Shown in pieces: positions 9,763 to 21,891 of a DNA stretch of 64,000 nucleotides (within the stretch, counting starts at the first letter, position 1; each line of letters opens with the position of its first letter). The DNA comes from Sandaracinaceae bacterium (lineage in GTDB: Bacteria; Myxococcota_A; Polyangia; Polyangiales; Sandaracinaceae), in assembly GCA_044220955.1 (NCBI GenBank), contig JBGAQA010000015.1, forward strand, positions 23,171-87,170, written 5' to 3'. The notes beneath the pieces were generated by a model that was not told the DNA's origin, ran no database searches, and saw only the letters and a program-made list of their open reading frames with translations. The position numbers and the translations under genes were made by a program.

Positions 9763-11198
9763 CGAGCGCTCCTCGGGAGCGGCGGCATCGACGTGCGCAG
9801 CCCGAGGTCGCGCTCGGCGGGCTCGGGGGGTGCCGGCGGGTAGATGCTCGACGAGATCTTCGCACCGGCGCGCCGGATCCGCGGTCGGGGTCGGCTCACC
9901 AGGTGCGCGAGCTCGGCCAGCGGCCGCACGAAGATCCGCTCGACGACCCCGTCGAACCCGAAGCGCGCCAGCGCCGCGGCGTGGAGCCACGCCCGCAGGC
10001 GAAACGGCAGGAGCCGCTCCAGGTAGAGGTCCGCGCGGTACCGGCCGCCCCCGAGCGCGCGGCGCCGCCGCTGCGCGTCGTGCAGCCACGACGGCGCGCG
10101 CAGGAATTGCCCGAGCCGCAAGAGGCCGTGCGCGAGGAGGTGCCACATCGCGAGCGTGGTCCAGCCGAGCCCGGTCTCGACCAGCATCAAGCCGGCCTGC
10201 GCGCTCGTGGCGAGCGCCAGCGCGCCCTTGGCGTCGGCACGCACGCGGGACGAGAGCGACGAGGTGACGGCGGTGACCGCTCCGACCGCGATGACGGCGC
10301 CTCGGGCGAGCGGCGCATCTTCCAGCAGGGGCCAGACCCGCAGCATCAGGTACACGCCCGCGTGGATCGAGAGCGTCCCGTAGAAGAGCGCGCTCGACGG
10401 CGTCGGCCCCTCCATCGCGCGCAGGATGTACGCGCTGACCGGCGCCTGCGCCGACTTGCCGATCGCCGCCATCAGGAACGCCAGGCCGAGCACCGTCGCG
10501 GCGGCCGTCCCGAGGTGCGCGTGGTGCCCCGGCTCGCCGACGCCCAGCACGCTCCGCCAGCTCGAGTCGCCGATCTCGTGGTGCAGCAGGACCACCGCCG
10601 TCAGCAGCGCGATGTCGGCGACGCGGTACGTCACGAAGATGCGCGCGCTCGCGATGACCGTCTCGGGCCGATCCCAGAAGAACGCGACGAGCAGCACGCT
10701 GGACAGGCCGAGCAGCTCCCAGCCGAAGAACGCCATGTCGATGCTGCCGCCCAGCACGAACCAGAAGAAGCCGGTCGTCGCGACGCCGACGAGCACGAAG
10801 AAGCGCAGGAAGCCCGGCTCCTTGTGCAGGTAGCGCCCGGAGAAGCGCCCGAGGACCGGGATCACGAAGCCGCCGAGCGCGATCAGCATCGCGGAGAGGG
10901 GGTCGACGTAGACCGAGACGTCGAGGTGGTAGTCCCCGACCTGGTACATCGTCCAGAGCACCTCGTCGAACTCGTGCAGCGGATGGAGCATCGTGAGCGC
11001 GGCGAGGAACACCGCGGAGAACGCGGCCGTCACGATGCTCGCGCCCGACACCACGGCGATCCACCGCTCGCTCGGGCTCACGCCGCTGACGCTGAGGGTC
11101 AAGAGGACGAGCGAGCCGGCCGCCGGCAAGAGCAGCGTGAGCATCGCCAGGAGCGAGAGGAGCGGCTCGTACCCGGCGATCGACTGCAGGAGATCCAT
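9759..11198 (-). CDS. dabB: DabB-type NuoL/MrpA-like proton-conducting membrane subunit
   Basis: FFGWELLGLSSVLLVAF, GKSAQAP...AMEGPTPSSAL and HLLAHG motifs; start coupled to the dabA stop (GTGATG). Confidence 0.88.
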   Translation of the reverse strand: MDLLQSIAGYEPLLSLLAMLTLLLPAAGSLVLLTLSVSGVSPSERWIAVVSGASIVTAAFSAVFLAALTMLHPLHEFDEVLWTMYQVGDYHLDVSVYVDPLSAMLIALGGFVIPVLGRFSGRYLHKEPGFLRFFVLVGVATTGFFWFVLGGSIDMAFFGWELLGLSSVLLVAFFWDRPETVIASARIFVTYRVADIALLTAVVLLHHEIGDSSWRSVLGVGEPGHHAHLGTAAATVLGLAFLMAAIGKSAQAPVSAYILRAMEGPTPSSALFYGTLSIHAGVYLMLRVWPLLEDAPLARGAVIAVGAVTAVTSSLSSRVRADAKGALALATSAQAGLMLVETGLGWTTLAMWHLLAHGLLRLGQFLRAPSWLHDAQRRRRALGGGRYRADLYLERLLPFRLRAWLHAAALARFGFDGVVERIFVRPLAELAHLVSRPRPRIRRAGAKISSSIYPPAPPEPAERDLGLRTSMPPLPRSAR

Positions 11199-13795
11199 CA
11201 CGACGAAGGCTCCTCGGTCTCGGGGCCGTCGGGGACGACGAAGCAGGGCGCGACGTTGTCGCGGGTGTGCATGCACGCCTCCAGAGACGACGGCACCTCG
11301 AAGAGCGCGTGGGCCTGCGCGTCGTAGGGCTCGAACGACTGCCCGAGCCAGCGGTAGAAGCCGCGTCCCGAGGGCGAGCACGCGAACATGTGGATCCACG
11401 AGTTGACGCAGAGGTTGCGCACGGCCGGCAGCCGGGCCAGCACCTCGGTCACCGCCTCGGGCTCGGCGTCGACGATCGTGACGAGCCGTATCGGCTCGTG
11501 GATCTCGGTCGTCTGCGTCCACAGACCCGCGCGCAGATCGCCGTCCGCGCCGTTCGAGACGCCGAGCAGCCCCTGGACGTTGTGCGGCAGCTTCGTCCCG
11601 CTGCCCCAGCGCTGCGGGTCCATCGTCGCGAAGAAGTACTCGTGGTTGATTCCGGCGCAGACCGGCAGCGGCGCCGCCATGAGCCGCTCGAGGGTCGTGT
11701 GGCTCGCGTCGTCCGTGCGCGGGTCGTACGAGATGAGCAAGGAGCGACGGTCGAGGAAGATGCCGCGCGTGAGCGAGCGGCGCCCGATGACGCAGGCCGC
11801 GTTCGTCGCGTGGTTGTACTCGGGGCGCGTCTCGGCGAAGTCGACGCCGCGGCGGCGCACCTTGGCGACCACGTGCGGCATCGGCGCGTCGAGCGCGATG
11901 TCGGCGAAGCGGCGCGAGCGCTCCTTCAGGTTCCTCTCGAGCGGCACGGCGAGCTTGCGCCCGAGCTGGTCGACCTCGGCGCGCCGACCCGGCGGGAGCC
12001 CCTCGAGATCGAACCAGCGGACGACGTCGAGCGAGGTGTCGTGCTCGCCCGGAAGGAAGAGGGTGTCCGCCGGGATGTCGACGCCCTGGGTGACGAGGAT
12101 CTCGCGGACCGCGGGGTCGTTGGCGAACGCGCAGAAGACGCGCGCGTTGATGCCTCCGCGCTGACCTCCGCAGGCGCCGCACTGATAGCCGGAGAGGAAC
12201 GGGTTGTTCGTCCCCATCGATCCGTGCGCCAGGACCATCACCCAGCGCGCGAAGTTCTTCAGGAGGCCGATGTTGGCGAGGTTTCCGCGGACCAGCCTCG
12301 CCTGCTGCTCGAGCGTGAAACCCTCCGGGTCGTCCTTCGCGTCGTACGCCAGGCGCGTGCCCTCGAAGTCGTGCGCCGGCTCGACGAAGAGCTGCGGCGC
12401 GAGGAGCTCCATCAGGTTGCGCGGTGCGCGCGCGAAGTTGGCGAAGCTCGCGAAGAGCCCGCCGACCGCGCCGCGGGACGCGTCGTCGCCGAGCGCCGCG
12501 GCGAAGTAGCGCGACCGGCGGTGGCGGCGCCCGAGGTCCCTCGCCGCCGCGTCCGGGAGGATCTCGCTCACGCGCCGCTCGGGCGTCACCGGCGCCGGAC
12601 ACGACGGCGTCTCGTCGATCGAGAGCGGCGCGCGGTGCTTGAGGGCCACGCCGAAGAACCCGGCCGACCCGAAGGTCTGCCAGCTCGGCAGGGCCTCCTC
12701 GACGTGCCTGCGGAACGACTCGGCGCGGTCGTCGATGCAACAGAGCAGCTGGACCTCCCGCGGCTCGTTCCCCTCGGCGAGGCGCGAGGGATCGATCTCG
12801 AGCCCCATCGTGATCGCGCCGACGAAGCTCCGTACGTAGTCCTCTTCGTAGGCGTCCTGGAACGCGGCGAGGTCGGTGCTCCAGACGGCCGTGCGCGGCG
12901 AAGGGAGCGACGCCACGGTCGCGGCCAGTGTCTGCAGCGTCGCACGACGCCCGAAGAGGCGCTTGGCGATCTCGAGCAGCGCGAGCTCCTCGACGACGAG
13001 GCGCGCCGCGGTGAAGTCCACGAGCGACACCTTCACGCCCGCGGGGCACTCGCCGGGCACGTGCTCGAGGCGGTTCACCATTCCCGCGTAGCCGGGGAGC
13101 GCGAAGATCGCCTCGTGCAAGATGCTCGGCCACGCGGTCTCGCGCTTGCCGCGCCTCTCGAGGCAGCTCACGATCAACGCGGCGGAGCTGGTCTCGGGTC
13201 CGCCCAGGCGCGCACGCAGACCGCCGAGCCAGGGCTCGGGCACCGCGAGCGGCATGCGTGACATCCGGCGCAGCACTCCGACGAGCCCCTCGTCGCGCCC
13301 CGGCATCGGGAAGAGCGCCGAGCCGAGGTCGAGAAACGCCGGCAAGACGCGGAGCATGAACGAGTCGACGAGCTCACCCGCCTCGACCGCGAGCTCCGGC
13401 GCGGCCTTCGAGAACAGGATCGCGCTCGTCTCGGGGACCGGGAGCCGCTCGATCACCGGACGCGACGTGAACGCGAGCCGCTTCTGCGCGATCGCGATGT
13501 CCTCGGGGCGGACGCGCCGGCTCTCGCGCAGCTCGCGGTATCGCTCCGCCGTCAGCGTCGTGCGCGCGCCGCGGATGCGCGTCGCCGCCTCGCAGACGGC
13601 GTGGAACGGACGCGACTCGAAGGCCCCGAGCGGGTTCATGTGCACGAAGACGCCGAGGGGCCGCTGCTCGGGGAGCCAGTGCGCGAAGTGCGCGACGCGC
13701 TCCTGGACCTCTCGCTCCGCGTCGGCGTGCTCGGGCTCGTCCTCGCGTCGCGCGGCGCTTCCGGGGGAAGACTCGATGAGGCCGACCTCGTCCAC
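11198..13795 (-). CDS. dabA: DabA (DUF2309/UPF0753), soluble subunit of an inorganic carbon transporter
   Basis: FVHMNPL, CCIDDRAESFRRH, AHGS..NNP...CGACGG (Zn ligands C,D,H,C), ETRPE, FLDRRS.LISYDP, GSGTKLPHNV, HEPIRL. Confidence 0.93.
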   Translation of the reverse strand: MDEVGLIESSPGSAARREDEPEHADAEREVQERVAHFAHWLPEQRPLGVFVHMNPLGAFESRPFHAVCEAATRIRGARTTLTAERYRELRESRRVRPEDIAIAQKRLAFTSRPVIERLPVPETSAILFSKAAPELAVEAGELVDSFMLRVLPAFLDLGSALFPMPGRDEGLVGVLRRMSRMPLAVPEPWLGGLRARLGGPETSSAALIVSCLERRGKRETAWPSILHEAIFALPGYAGMVNRLEHVPGECPAGVKVSLVDFTAARLVVEELALLEIAKRLFGRRATLQTLAATVASLPSPRTAVWSTDLAAFQDAYEEDYVRSFVGAITMGLEIDPSRLAEGNEPREVQLLCCIDDRAESFRRHVEEALPSWQTFGSAGFFGVALKHRAPLSIDETPSCPAPVTPERRVSEILPDAAARDLGRRHRRSRYFAAALGDDASRGAVGGLFASFANFARAPRNLMELLAPQLFVEPAHDFEGTRLAYDAKDDPEGFTLEQQARLVRGNLANIGLLKNFARWVMVLAHGSMGTNNPFLSGYQCGACGGQRGGINARVFCAFANDPAVREILVTQGVDIPADTLFLPGEHDTSLDVVRWFDLEGLPPGRRAEVDQLGRKLAVPLERNLKERSRRFADIALDAPMPHVVAKVRRRGVDFAETRPEYNHATNAACVIGRRSLTRGIFLDRRSLLISYDPRTDDASHTTLERLMAAPLPVCAGINHEYFFATMDPQRWGSGTKLPHNVQGLLGVSNGADGDLRAGLWTQTTEIHEPIRLVTIVDAEPEAVTEVLARLPAVRNLCVNSWIHMFACSPSGRGFYRWLGQSFEPYDAQAHALFEVPSSLEACMHTRDNVAPCFVVPDGPETEEPSS

Positions 13796-13807
13796 GCCGG
13801 AACGCTG

Positions 13808-13823
13808 TGCATCTTTCGCGCCA
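13808..13823 (-). promoter_or_regulatory. Sigma54 (-24/-12) promoter of the dab operon
   Basis: Minus strand TGGCGCGAAAGATGCA versus consensus TGGCACG-N4-TTGCW; GG-N10-GC spacing exact. Confidence 0.65.
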
Positions 13824-13884
13824 TGGGTTCTGCACGCGCTCCCGGCTCGCCCTGCCTCGCCATGAACGGTGCGGGGCCCGCGGC

Positions 13885-13899
13885 GCGGCGAAATGCCAC
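13885..13899. promoter_or_regulatory. Candidate enhancer (UAS) dyad GCGGCG-AAA-TGCCAC
   Basis: Imperfect dyad ~60-75 bp upstream of the -24 box; similar to the dyads at 15016 and 15036. Confidence 0.45.
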
Positions 13900-13955
13900 G
13901 GCGAGCCTCGGACTTCGAGCGCCGATCAGGACGAAGATGCTATCGTCTCCTCGAG

Positions 13956-14957
<1,002 letters not shown>

Positions 14958-14962
14958 CGATC

Positions 14963-14978
14963 TGGCATCGCGCGTGCT
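14963..14978 (+). promoter_or_regulatory. Sigma54 (-24/-12) promoter upstream of the HK/NtrC pair
   Basis: TGGCATCGCGCGTGCT; GG-N10-GC spacing exact; intergenic. Confidence 0.55.
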
Positions 14979-15015
14979 GCGTGTGCACGCCACCACCACA
15001 ACGGGCCGTCTGGCC

Positions 15016-15050
15016 GGGGCAAGATGCCCCGGCGCGCGGCGAAACGCCCC
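15016..15050. promoter_or_regulatory. Tandem dyads GGGGCA-AGA-TGCCCC and GCGGCG-AAA-CGCCCC, 20 bp apart
   Basis: Read directly; the first is a perfect 6-bp inverted repeat. Confidence 0.5.
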
Positions 15051-15060
15051 GCCGGACGCC

Positions 15061-16541
15061 GTGAGGCTCGCACTCAAGCTCATCGCTGCTCTCGTCGTCG
15101 CGCTCCTGGCGGTGATGGTCGTCGCGACGTGGTTCCGGCTCGAGGAGGAGCAGGAGTTCCTGCTCGCGGACGTGCGCGACGACCACGTGCTCTTCGCGCG
15201 CGCGCTGCGCTCGATCGTCGTCTCGACCTGGGCGCTCGAGGGCGAGGAGCGCGCGCGATCGCTCGTGCGTCGCGCGGACGTCGAGGACCGCGATCTGATG
15301 GTCGACGTCGTCGACGCCGCGACGCTCGACGTCCACGCGACGGCCGGCGCGCGACGCGGACGCGAGCGCGTGTGGGTCGCCGACGACCACATCTACGTGA
15401 TGGAGCCGCTCGGGCTCGAGGGACACCCCGACCTCGGCCTCCTCGTCTCGCAGCCCCTCGACTCGCAGCGCGCGCTCATCGCGACCTCGCTCTGGCACGC
15501 GACGCTGGAGGCCGTCGCCGTGGTCGCGGCGTGCGCGATCCTGATGACGCTGCTGGGGTGGGCGTTCGTCGGCCGCCCCGTGCAGAAGCTGATCGCCGAG
15601 GCCAGGCGCATCGGGCGACGCGATCACACGGCGCCCGTGCGCCTGGATCAGAAGGACGAGATCGGTGAGCTCGCGCGCGAGATGGCGCAGATGAGCGAGA
15701 AGCTCGACGAGGCGGACGTACGCGTCCTCTCGGCGCACAAGCAGAAGCTCGACGCGCTCGACCAGCTGCGCCACGCCGACCGCCTCCGCACCGTGGGTCA
15801 GCTGGCCTCCGGCCTCGCGCACGAGCTCGGGACGCCGCTCAACGTCGTCTCGGGGCGGGCGCGCTTGATCGAGCAGGCCGACGGCGCCCCGGAGGAGATC
15901 GTCGCCGACGCCAAGATCATCCTCGACCAGACGCAGCGGATCACCGATCTGGTCAAGCAGCTGCTCGGGTTCGCGCGCCGGCGACAGCCGCAGTCGCAGA
16001 CGGCCGACCTCGCCACCACGGCGGCACACGTCGCGCAGCTGCTCGCGCCCATCGCGCAGAAGCGCGGCGTGCGCATCGAGTTCGCGGCGCCCTCGGGGCC
16101 CTGCGTCACGCGCTGCGATCCGCTCCTGCTCGAGCAGGCCCTCACCAACGTCGCGCTCAACGGGATCCAGGCCATGCAGGACGGGGGCGCACTCAAGATC
16201 CGCGTGCTCCGCAAGCTCGCGACGCCGCCCCGGCGGCCCGAGTCCGAGCCCGTCCCGTTCGGTGTGCTCCGCGTGATCGACGAGGGCAGCGGCATCACCG
16301 CCGAGCACCTCGAGCGTATCTTCGACCCCTTCTTCACCACCAAGGACGTCGGCGACGGCACGGGGCTCGGGCTCTCGGTCGTCTACGGCATCCTCGAGGA
16401 CCACGGCGGGTTCGCCGAGGTCCGCAGCGAGCCCGGCCGGGGCACGGAGTTCGATCTGCTGATCCCGATGCGGGACGTCAGCATTCGACCGCCGCCCGGC
16501 CCGGCCACGGCACTGGGTGACGACACGGAGGCGAGCCTGCC

Positions 16542-16545
<4 letters not shown>
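15061..16545 (+). CDS. HAMP-domain sensor histidine kinase (NtrB-like)
   Basis: Two TM segments; HAMP (DEIGELAREM); H-box LAHELGTPL; FDPFFTTKDVGDGTGLGL. Start re-placed to GTG 15061. Confidence 0.92.
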
Positions 16546-17933
<1,388 letters not shown>

Positions 17934-18868
17934 CCTCGGAGCTCACGATCCCCGCGACGGCGGCGCCGGACGCCATCGGGGGTGCGATGCGCATGCGCGA
18001 CGCGATCGGGCCGTAGCGCGCGCGCACGTAGCCGAGCGCTGCGAGCGTGCCCCCGGCCATCCCGACCAGGCCGAGCAGGCTGGCCTCGGGCCCGAAGTCG
18101 CCGCCCGTCAGCGCGTCGCTCCCGATCGGAGTCCGCGTCGCGAGCGCTGCGCCCGCGATCACGAAGCCGCTCACGGGCATGCCGAGCAGACACTGGGCGA
18201 GGTTCCACGCGAAGTGGAGGCCGATCGAGAACGCCAGATCCCCGGTGAGCACGAAGCCGACCGCGAGGAGCGTCCCGCCCGCGAGCGCCACCTGCAGGGT
18301 GGCGACGAGGGACGCGCCCTCGTTGCCGGCGTGCGCGAGGCCGAAGCCCAGGGCGCCGAGCACCGTGGCCAGAGCCGCGGCCCGGGGCGGCGAGAGCCGC
18401 GCGCCCGCGAGCCCTTCGGTGAGGTTCAGCAGCTGATAGCCACGAAAGACCAGCTCCTCCTCGATGGCGACGCCGGCGAACAGGACCGCGACGTAGGCGG
18501 CGCTCACCGCGCGCGTGCCGTCGAGCGCGATGGGCTCGTACGACGCCGCGCCCAGGCCCACCTCGAGCAGCGCCACGCTGCCGATCGCGCCGCCCCCGAC
18601 GAGGGCCCCCGCCGCGAGGTCCGCGGCGCGTGTCCAGCCCACCCGGAGCCCGAGGTCCGCCAGGGGTCGCCGGTCGAGCCAGCGCGCCGAGCCGAGCGTG
18701 ATCGCGATGACCCCCGCGAACGCGATGGGACCCGCGATCCACGGCGACAAGACGGGCGCGGCGACGCCGATCGCCGCGAGGAGCAGCGCCAGTAGCGCGA
18801 GGTGAGTCGCCAGCCGGACGCCCGCGCGCGGGCGCCTGCGCTGGCTATCCCAGAACAGCGCGAGCACG

Positions 18869-19735
18869 TCAGCGGCGCTGCAGCTGCTCGAGCCGCGTCA
18901 GGCGCGCGAGATCCTGACTCGGGCCCCGCTCGCCCTGGGCGGCCGAGCTCTGCGCGCGCCACCAGCCGACGAACGACTCGACCATCGCGTGCAGATCGGG
19001 GAACGCCGCGCCGTCGAGCTCTTCGAGACGATCGATCACCTGGTCCGAGAGCATCAGCCCCTGGCGGCGATGAAGCGCGATCGCCCACGCGATCCACTCG
19101 CTCCCGCCCACGAGCTTGGCCAGCCGCACCGCGAAGGCGGCGATCATGGCGGTGTGTGCGCCGTCGAGGCGCTCGCCGGCGGCCAGGCGCTCGTCGATCT
19201 CCTTGGCTGCCTTGCGCATGAGGCGCTCGGCCTCGATCGCGCGGCCACTCGCGAGCGCGCGCTCGATGACCTCGCCGAGCAGCTGGAACGTCCAGCTCCG
19301 CTTCGGCTCGGGCGCGACGCCGGACATCGTGTCCTCGTCCGCGAGCGCCGGCGCCCCGCAGTGCGGGCAGCTCGGCGCGCCCTCGGGGTACGGCGTGCCG
19401 CAGGCGTGGCAGAGCTTCATGTAGCCGGTCGGCCGCGGCGCGCGCTCGGTCCGGCCCACCATCGAGAAGAGCAGCTCCTGCGTGCCCAGCCGGATCCGAT
19501 CGCCGTCCTTGAGGATCTGCTCACCCTTCACGAGCCGCCCGTTCACGCGGACGCCGTTGCGGCTGCCCATGTCCGACACCCGGGCCTCGTCTCCCGCGAG
19601 GACGATGCGCGCGTGCTGGCGCGAGATGAGCGGATCTTCGATCGTGATCTGACACTCCGAGCTGCGCCCGATGATGACCTCCGGGCCGCTCAGGTCGAAC
19701 TCTTGCAGGAGGAATCGGAGCCGGTAGCGGTTCAC
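18869..19735 (-). CDS. FHA domain protein with zinc ribbon
   Basis: IGRS...ISRQHA...DMGSRNG (FHA); CHACG..CPHCG. Confidence 0.9.
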   Translation of the reverse strand: MNRYRLRFLLQEFDLSGPEVIIGRSSECQITIEDPLISRQHARIVLAGDEARVSDMGSRNGVRVNGRLVKGEQILKDGDRIRLGTQELLFSMVGRTERAPRPTGYMKLCHACGTPYPEGAPSCPHCGAPALADEDTMSGVAPEPKRSWTFQLLGEVIERALASGRAIEAERLMRKAAKEIDERLAAGERLDGAHTAMIAAFAVRLAKLVGGSEWIAWAIALHRRQGLMLSDQVIDRLEELDGAAFPDLHAMVESFVGWWRAQSSAAQGERGPSQDLARLTRLEQLQRR

Positions 19736-19835
19736 GACGCGCTCATCTTACGGAACCGCCGCGCGCGCGTGTCGAACAATCGTGTGCGGCAGATCGCCGC
19801 GCAACTTTGCGCGCGCAAGCTGTTAGGATGGCGAC

Positions 19836-21302
19836 GTGGACAGCACACGGATCCGCGTGCTCGTGGCGGCCTTCGCCAACGTACCCGGGAGCTCGCCCCA
19901 CTCCGCCGCGCTGATGGCGATGATCGCCTCGGTCCGGGCCGACATCGACATGGTGACCGTGAAGACGGAGACCTCGTCGCACGTCGAGCGGATCGGCGAC
20001 GCGCGCATGTTCCGCGTGCCGGTGGGCGATCAGGGCCCGCTCGAGCAGCGCGTGGTCTTCGATCGCGCCGTCGGCCGGCAGCTCGAAGCGGAGCGCTACG
20101 ACGTCGTGCACGTCCGAGGGCCCTTCGAGGGATCTCTCGCGGCCGAGCGCAAGGCCACGTACGGCTTCCAGCTCGTCTACGAGATGGGCACGTTCCCCGA
20201 CGAGGCGCTCGGCGCCGAGGTCGAGAAGCGCTGGGGCGAGGCGCACGAGCGCTGCCTCGACGCGGCCGACCTCGTGCTGGTGCCGACCGAGGCGGCGCGG
20301 CGCGGCGTGACCGAGCGCGTGGGCGCGACCCGGCCCGCCGGCACGGAGGCTGACCGCGTCCTGGTCCTCCCGCCGGGCGTCGACGTGGGCGCGTACGACT
20401 GGCGACCTCGCGCGCAGGGCGCCGTGCCGCGCCTGCTCTACCTCGGGGCGTTCACCGCGGACCGCGACGTCGCCACCGTGCTCGGCGCGGTGAAGCGCAT
20501 CGCCACGACGCGGCCGGTGCGCGCGCTCATCGCCGGCGAGACCAACCGCGGGCGGCGCGAGCGCGTGCGGCAGATGGTGGACGCGTTCGGTCTCAAGGAC
20601 GTCGTCGAGGTGCGCGGGGAGCCCGCCGCCATCGCGGGCGTCATCGCCGGGGCCGACGTCTGCATCGCGCCGGCGAGCGAGGCGCCGCGCTTCCAGGTGC
20701 TCGGTGACCTCCCGCAGCCGCTCCTCGAGTACCTCGCCTGTCACCGGCCGGTCGTCGCCGCGGGCGTCCCCGGCGTCGCCGAGATCCTGCGTGACGAGCA
20801 GGAGGGCCTGCTCTACCCGCCCGGCGACGAGGCCGCGCTCGCGGAGGCCGTGCTCGAGATGCTCCGCGACGCCTCGCTGGCCGAGCGGCTGACCGAGCAG
20901 GGCTACCGGCGGGTGCGCGAGCTCTTCTCGAGCGGAGCGCGACGGCGACGGATCTCGGAGGTCTACGAGCGACTCATGCCCGGCTCGCAGGCGACCGACC
21001 CCTGGGAGGACGGCTTCGGGGAGGACGAGACGGGCGAGCTCATGCCTGCCGGCTCCGCGCCCGAGATCCCCGACGAGCCGGAGCCCGACGCGGCGCCGGC
21101 GCACGAGGGCGAGCACGAGGAGCCCGCCGAGCTCGACGCGGACGACCTGCAGTTCGAGAACACGAACGGCGGGACGGCGACCGACGTCGGCCTCACCTCC
21201 GCGGACATGATGCCCATGGCGGTGGACACCGATCCCGGCCTGCTGGTCGCGGAGAAGACCCGTCCGCGCCCGCCGGACACGGATCCCGGCTCGCGCCCCT
21301 GA
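19836..21302 (+). CDS. Glycosyltransferase family 4 with acidic disordered C-tail
   Basis: LLYLGAF, ADVCIAP, LLEYLACHRPVVA, GLLYPPGD; ~100 aa D/E/P-rich tail. Confidence 0.85.
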   Translation: MDSTRIRVLVAAFANVPGSSPHSAALMAMIASVRADIDMVTVKTETSSHVERIGDARMFRVPVGDQGPLEQRVVFDRAVGRQLEAERYDVVHVRGPFEGSLAAERKATYGFQLVYEMGTFPDEALGAEVEKRWGEAHERCLDAADLVLVPTEAARRGVTERVGATRPAGTEADRVLVLPPGVDVGAYDWRPRAQGAVPRLLYLGAFTADRDVATVLGAVKRIATTRPVRALIAGETNRGRRERVRQMVDAFGLKDVVEVRGEPAAIAGVIAGADVCIAPASEAPRFQVLGDLPQPLLEYLACHRPVVAAGVPGVAEILRDEQEGLLYPPGDEAALAEAVLEMLRDASLAERLTEQGYRRVRELFSSGARRRRISEVYERLMPGSQATDPWEDGFGEDETGELMPAGSAPEIPDEPEPDAAPAHEGEHEEPAELDADDLQFENTNGGTATDVGLTSADMMPMAVDTDPGLLVAEKTRPRPPDTDPGSRP

Positions 21303-21317
21303 CGCACGGCGCGCGCT

Positions 21318-21812
21318 TCAGCGCGCCCTGGCCGCGATCGCGGCGACGTCGAGCCCCGGGAAGACGAGCCGACGGAAGGCCTTCACCGCGCTCTCGCCGA
21401 GCAGCGCCCTGCCCTCGAGGATGGACGCGTCGACGACGACGATCGTCTCGGCGCGCGTGGCGCCGGGCTCGCGGTGCAGGCCGTCGGTGCTCGGCCACTC
21501 GCGCGACGCCTTCTTGAGCGCCGCCACCAGCGCGTCGTAGTCGCGCGCGAGCTGGGCGGGCACCGGCTCGCGGTACGGCGCCTCCCCGCGGTGCGAGTCG
21601 ATCTCGAGCACGAGCGTTCCATCGAGCCCCTCGACCAGCCGCTCCTCGCGCCAGAAGCCGTGATCGGCCGCGACCAGCGCGACGCAGCGACGGAGCCACT
21701 TCACGCGCGGGGCGGCGACGGTCACGAGGGCGTCCGAGAGCGGGACGCCCGTCGCCGGGCCACAGAAGATCTCGTGGAACCAGGGATCCTGATGAGGCGC
21801 GAGGTGGGCCAT
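21318..21812 (-). CDS. Hypothetical protein
   Basis: ATG 21812 (MAHLAPHQDPWFHEIF...); protein-like composition; fills the gap between neighbours. Confidence 0.6.
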   Translation of the reverse strand: MAHLAPHQDPWFHEIFCGPATGVPLSDALVTVAAPRVKWLRRCVALVAADHGFWREERLVEGLDGTLVLEIDSHRGEAPYREPVPAQLARDYDALVAALKKASREWPSTDGLHREPGATRAETIVVVDASILEGRALLGESAVKAFRRLVFPGLDVAAIAARAR

Positions 21813-21891
21813 CGCGCGCGGAGGATGGCCCGCTCCGGGCCGCGGGCAAGGCGCGTTTGACACCGTCGAGCGCCGGGCGTACGCGGACGCC

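Noticed and set aside
8581..11198. Membrane genes as part of complex I or an Mrp antiporter
   Set aside because: No other nuo/mrp genes; direct coupling to DUF2309 points to DAB.
9759..13133. Apparent 1124-aa DabB or DabA-DabB fusion
   Set aside because: The upstream ~645 aa is an off-frame read of dabA; dabA has its own stop at 11198-11200.
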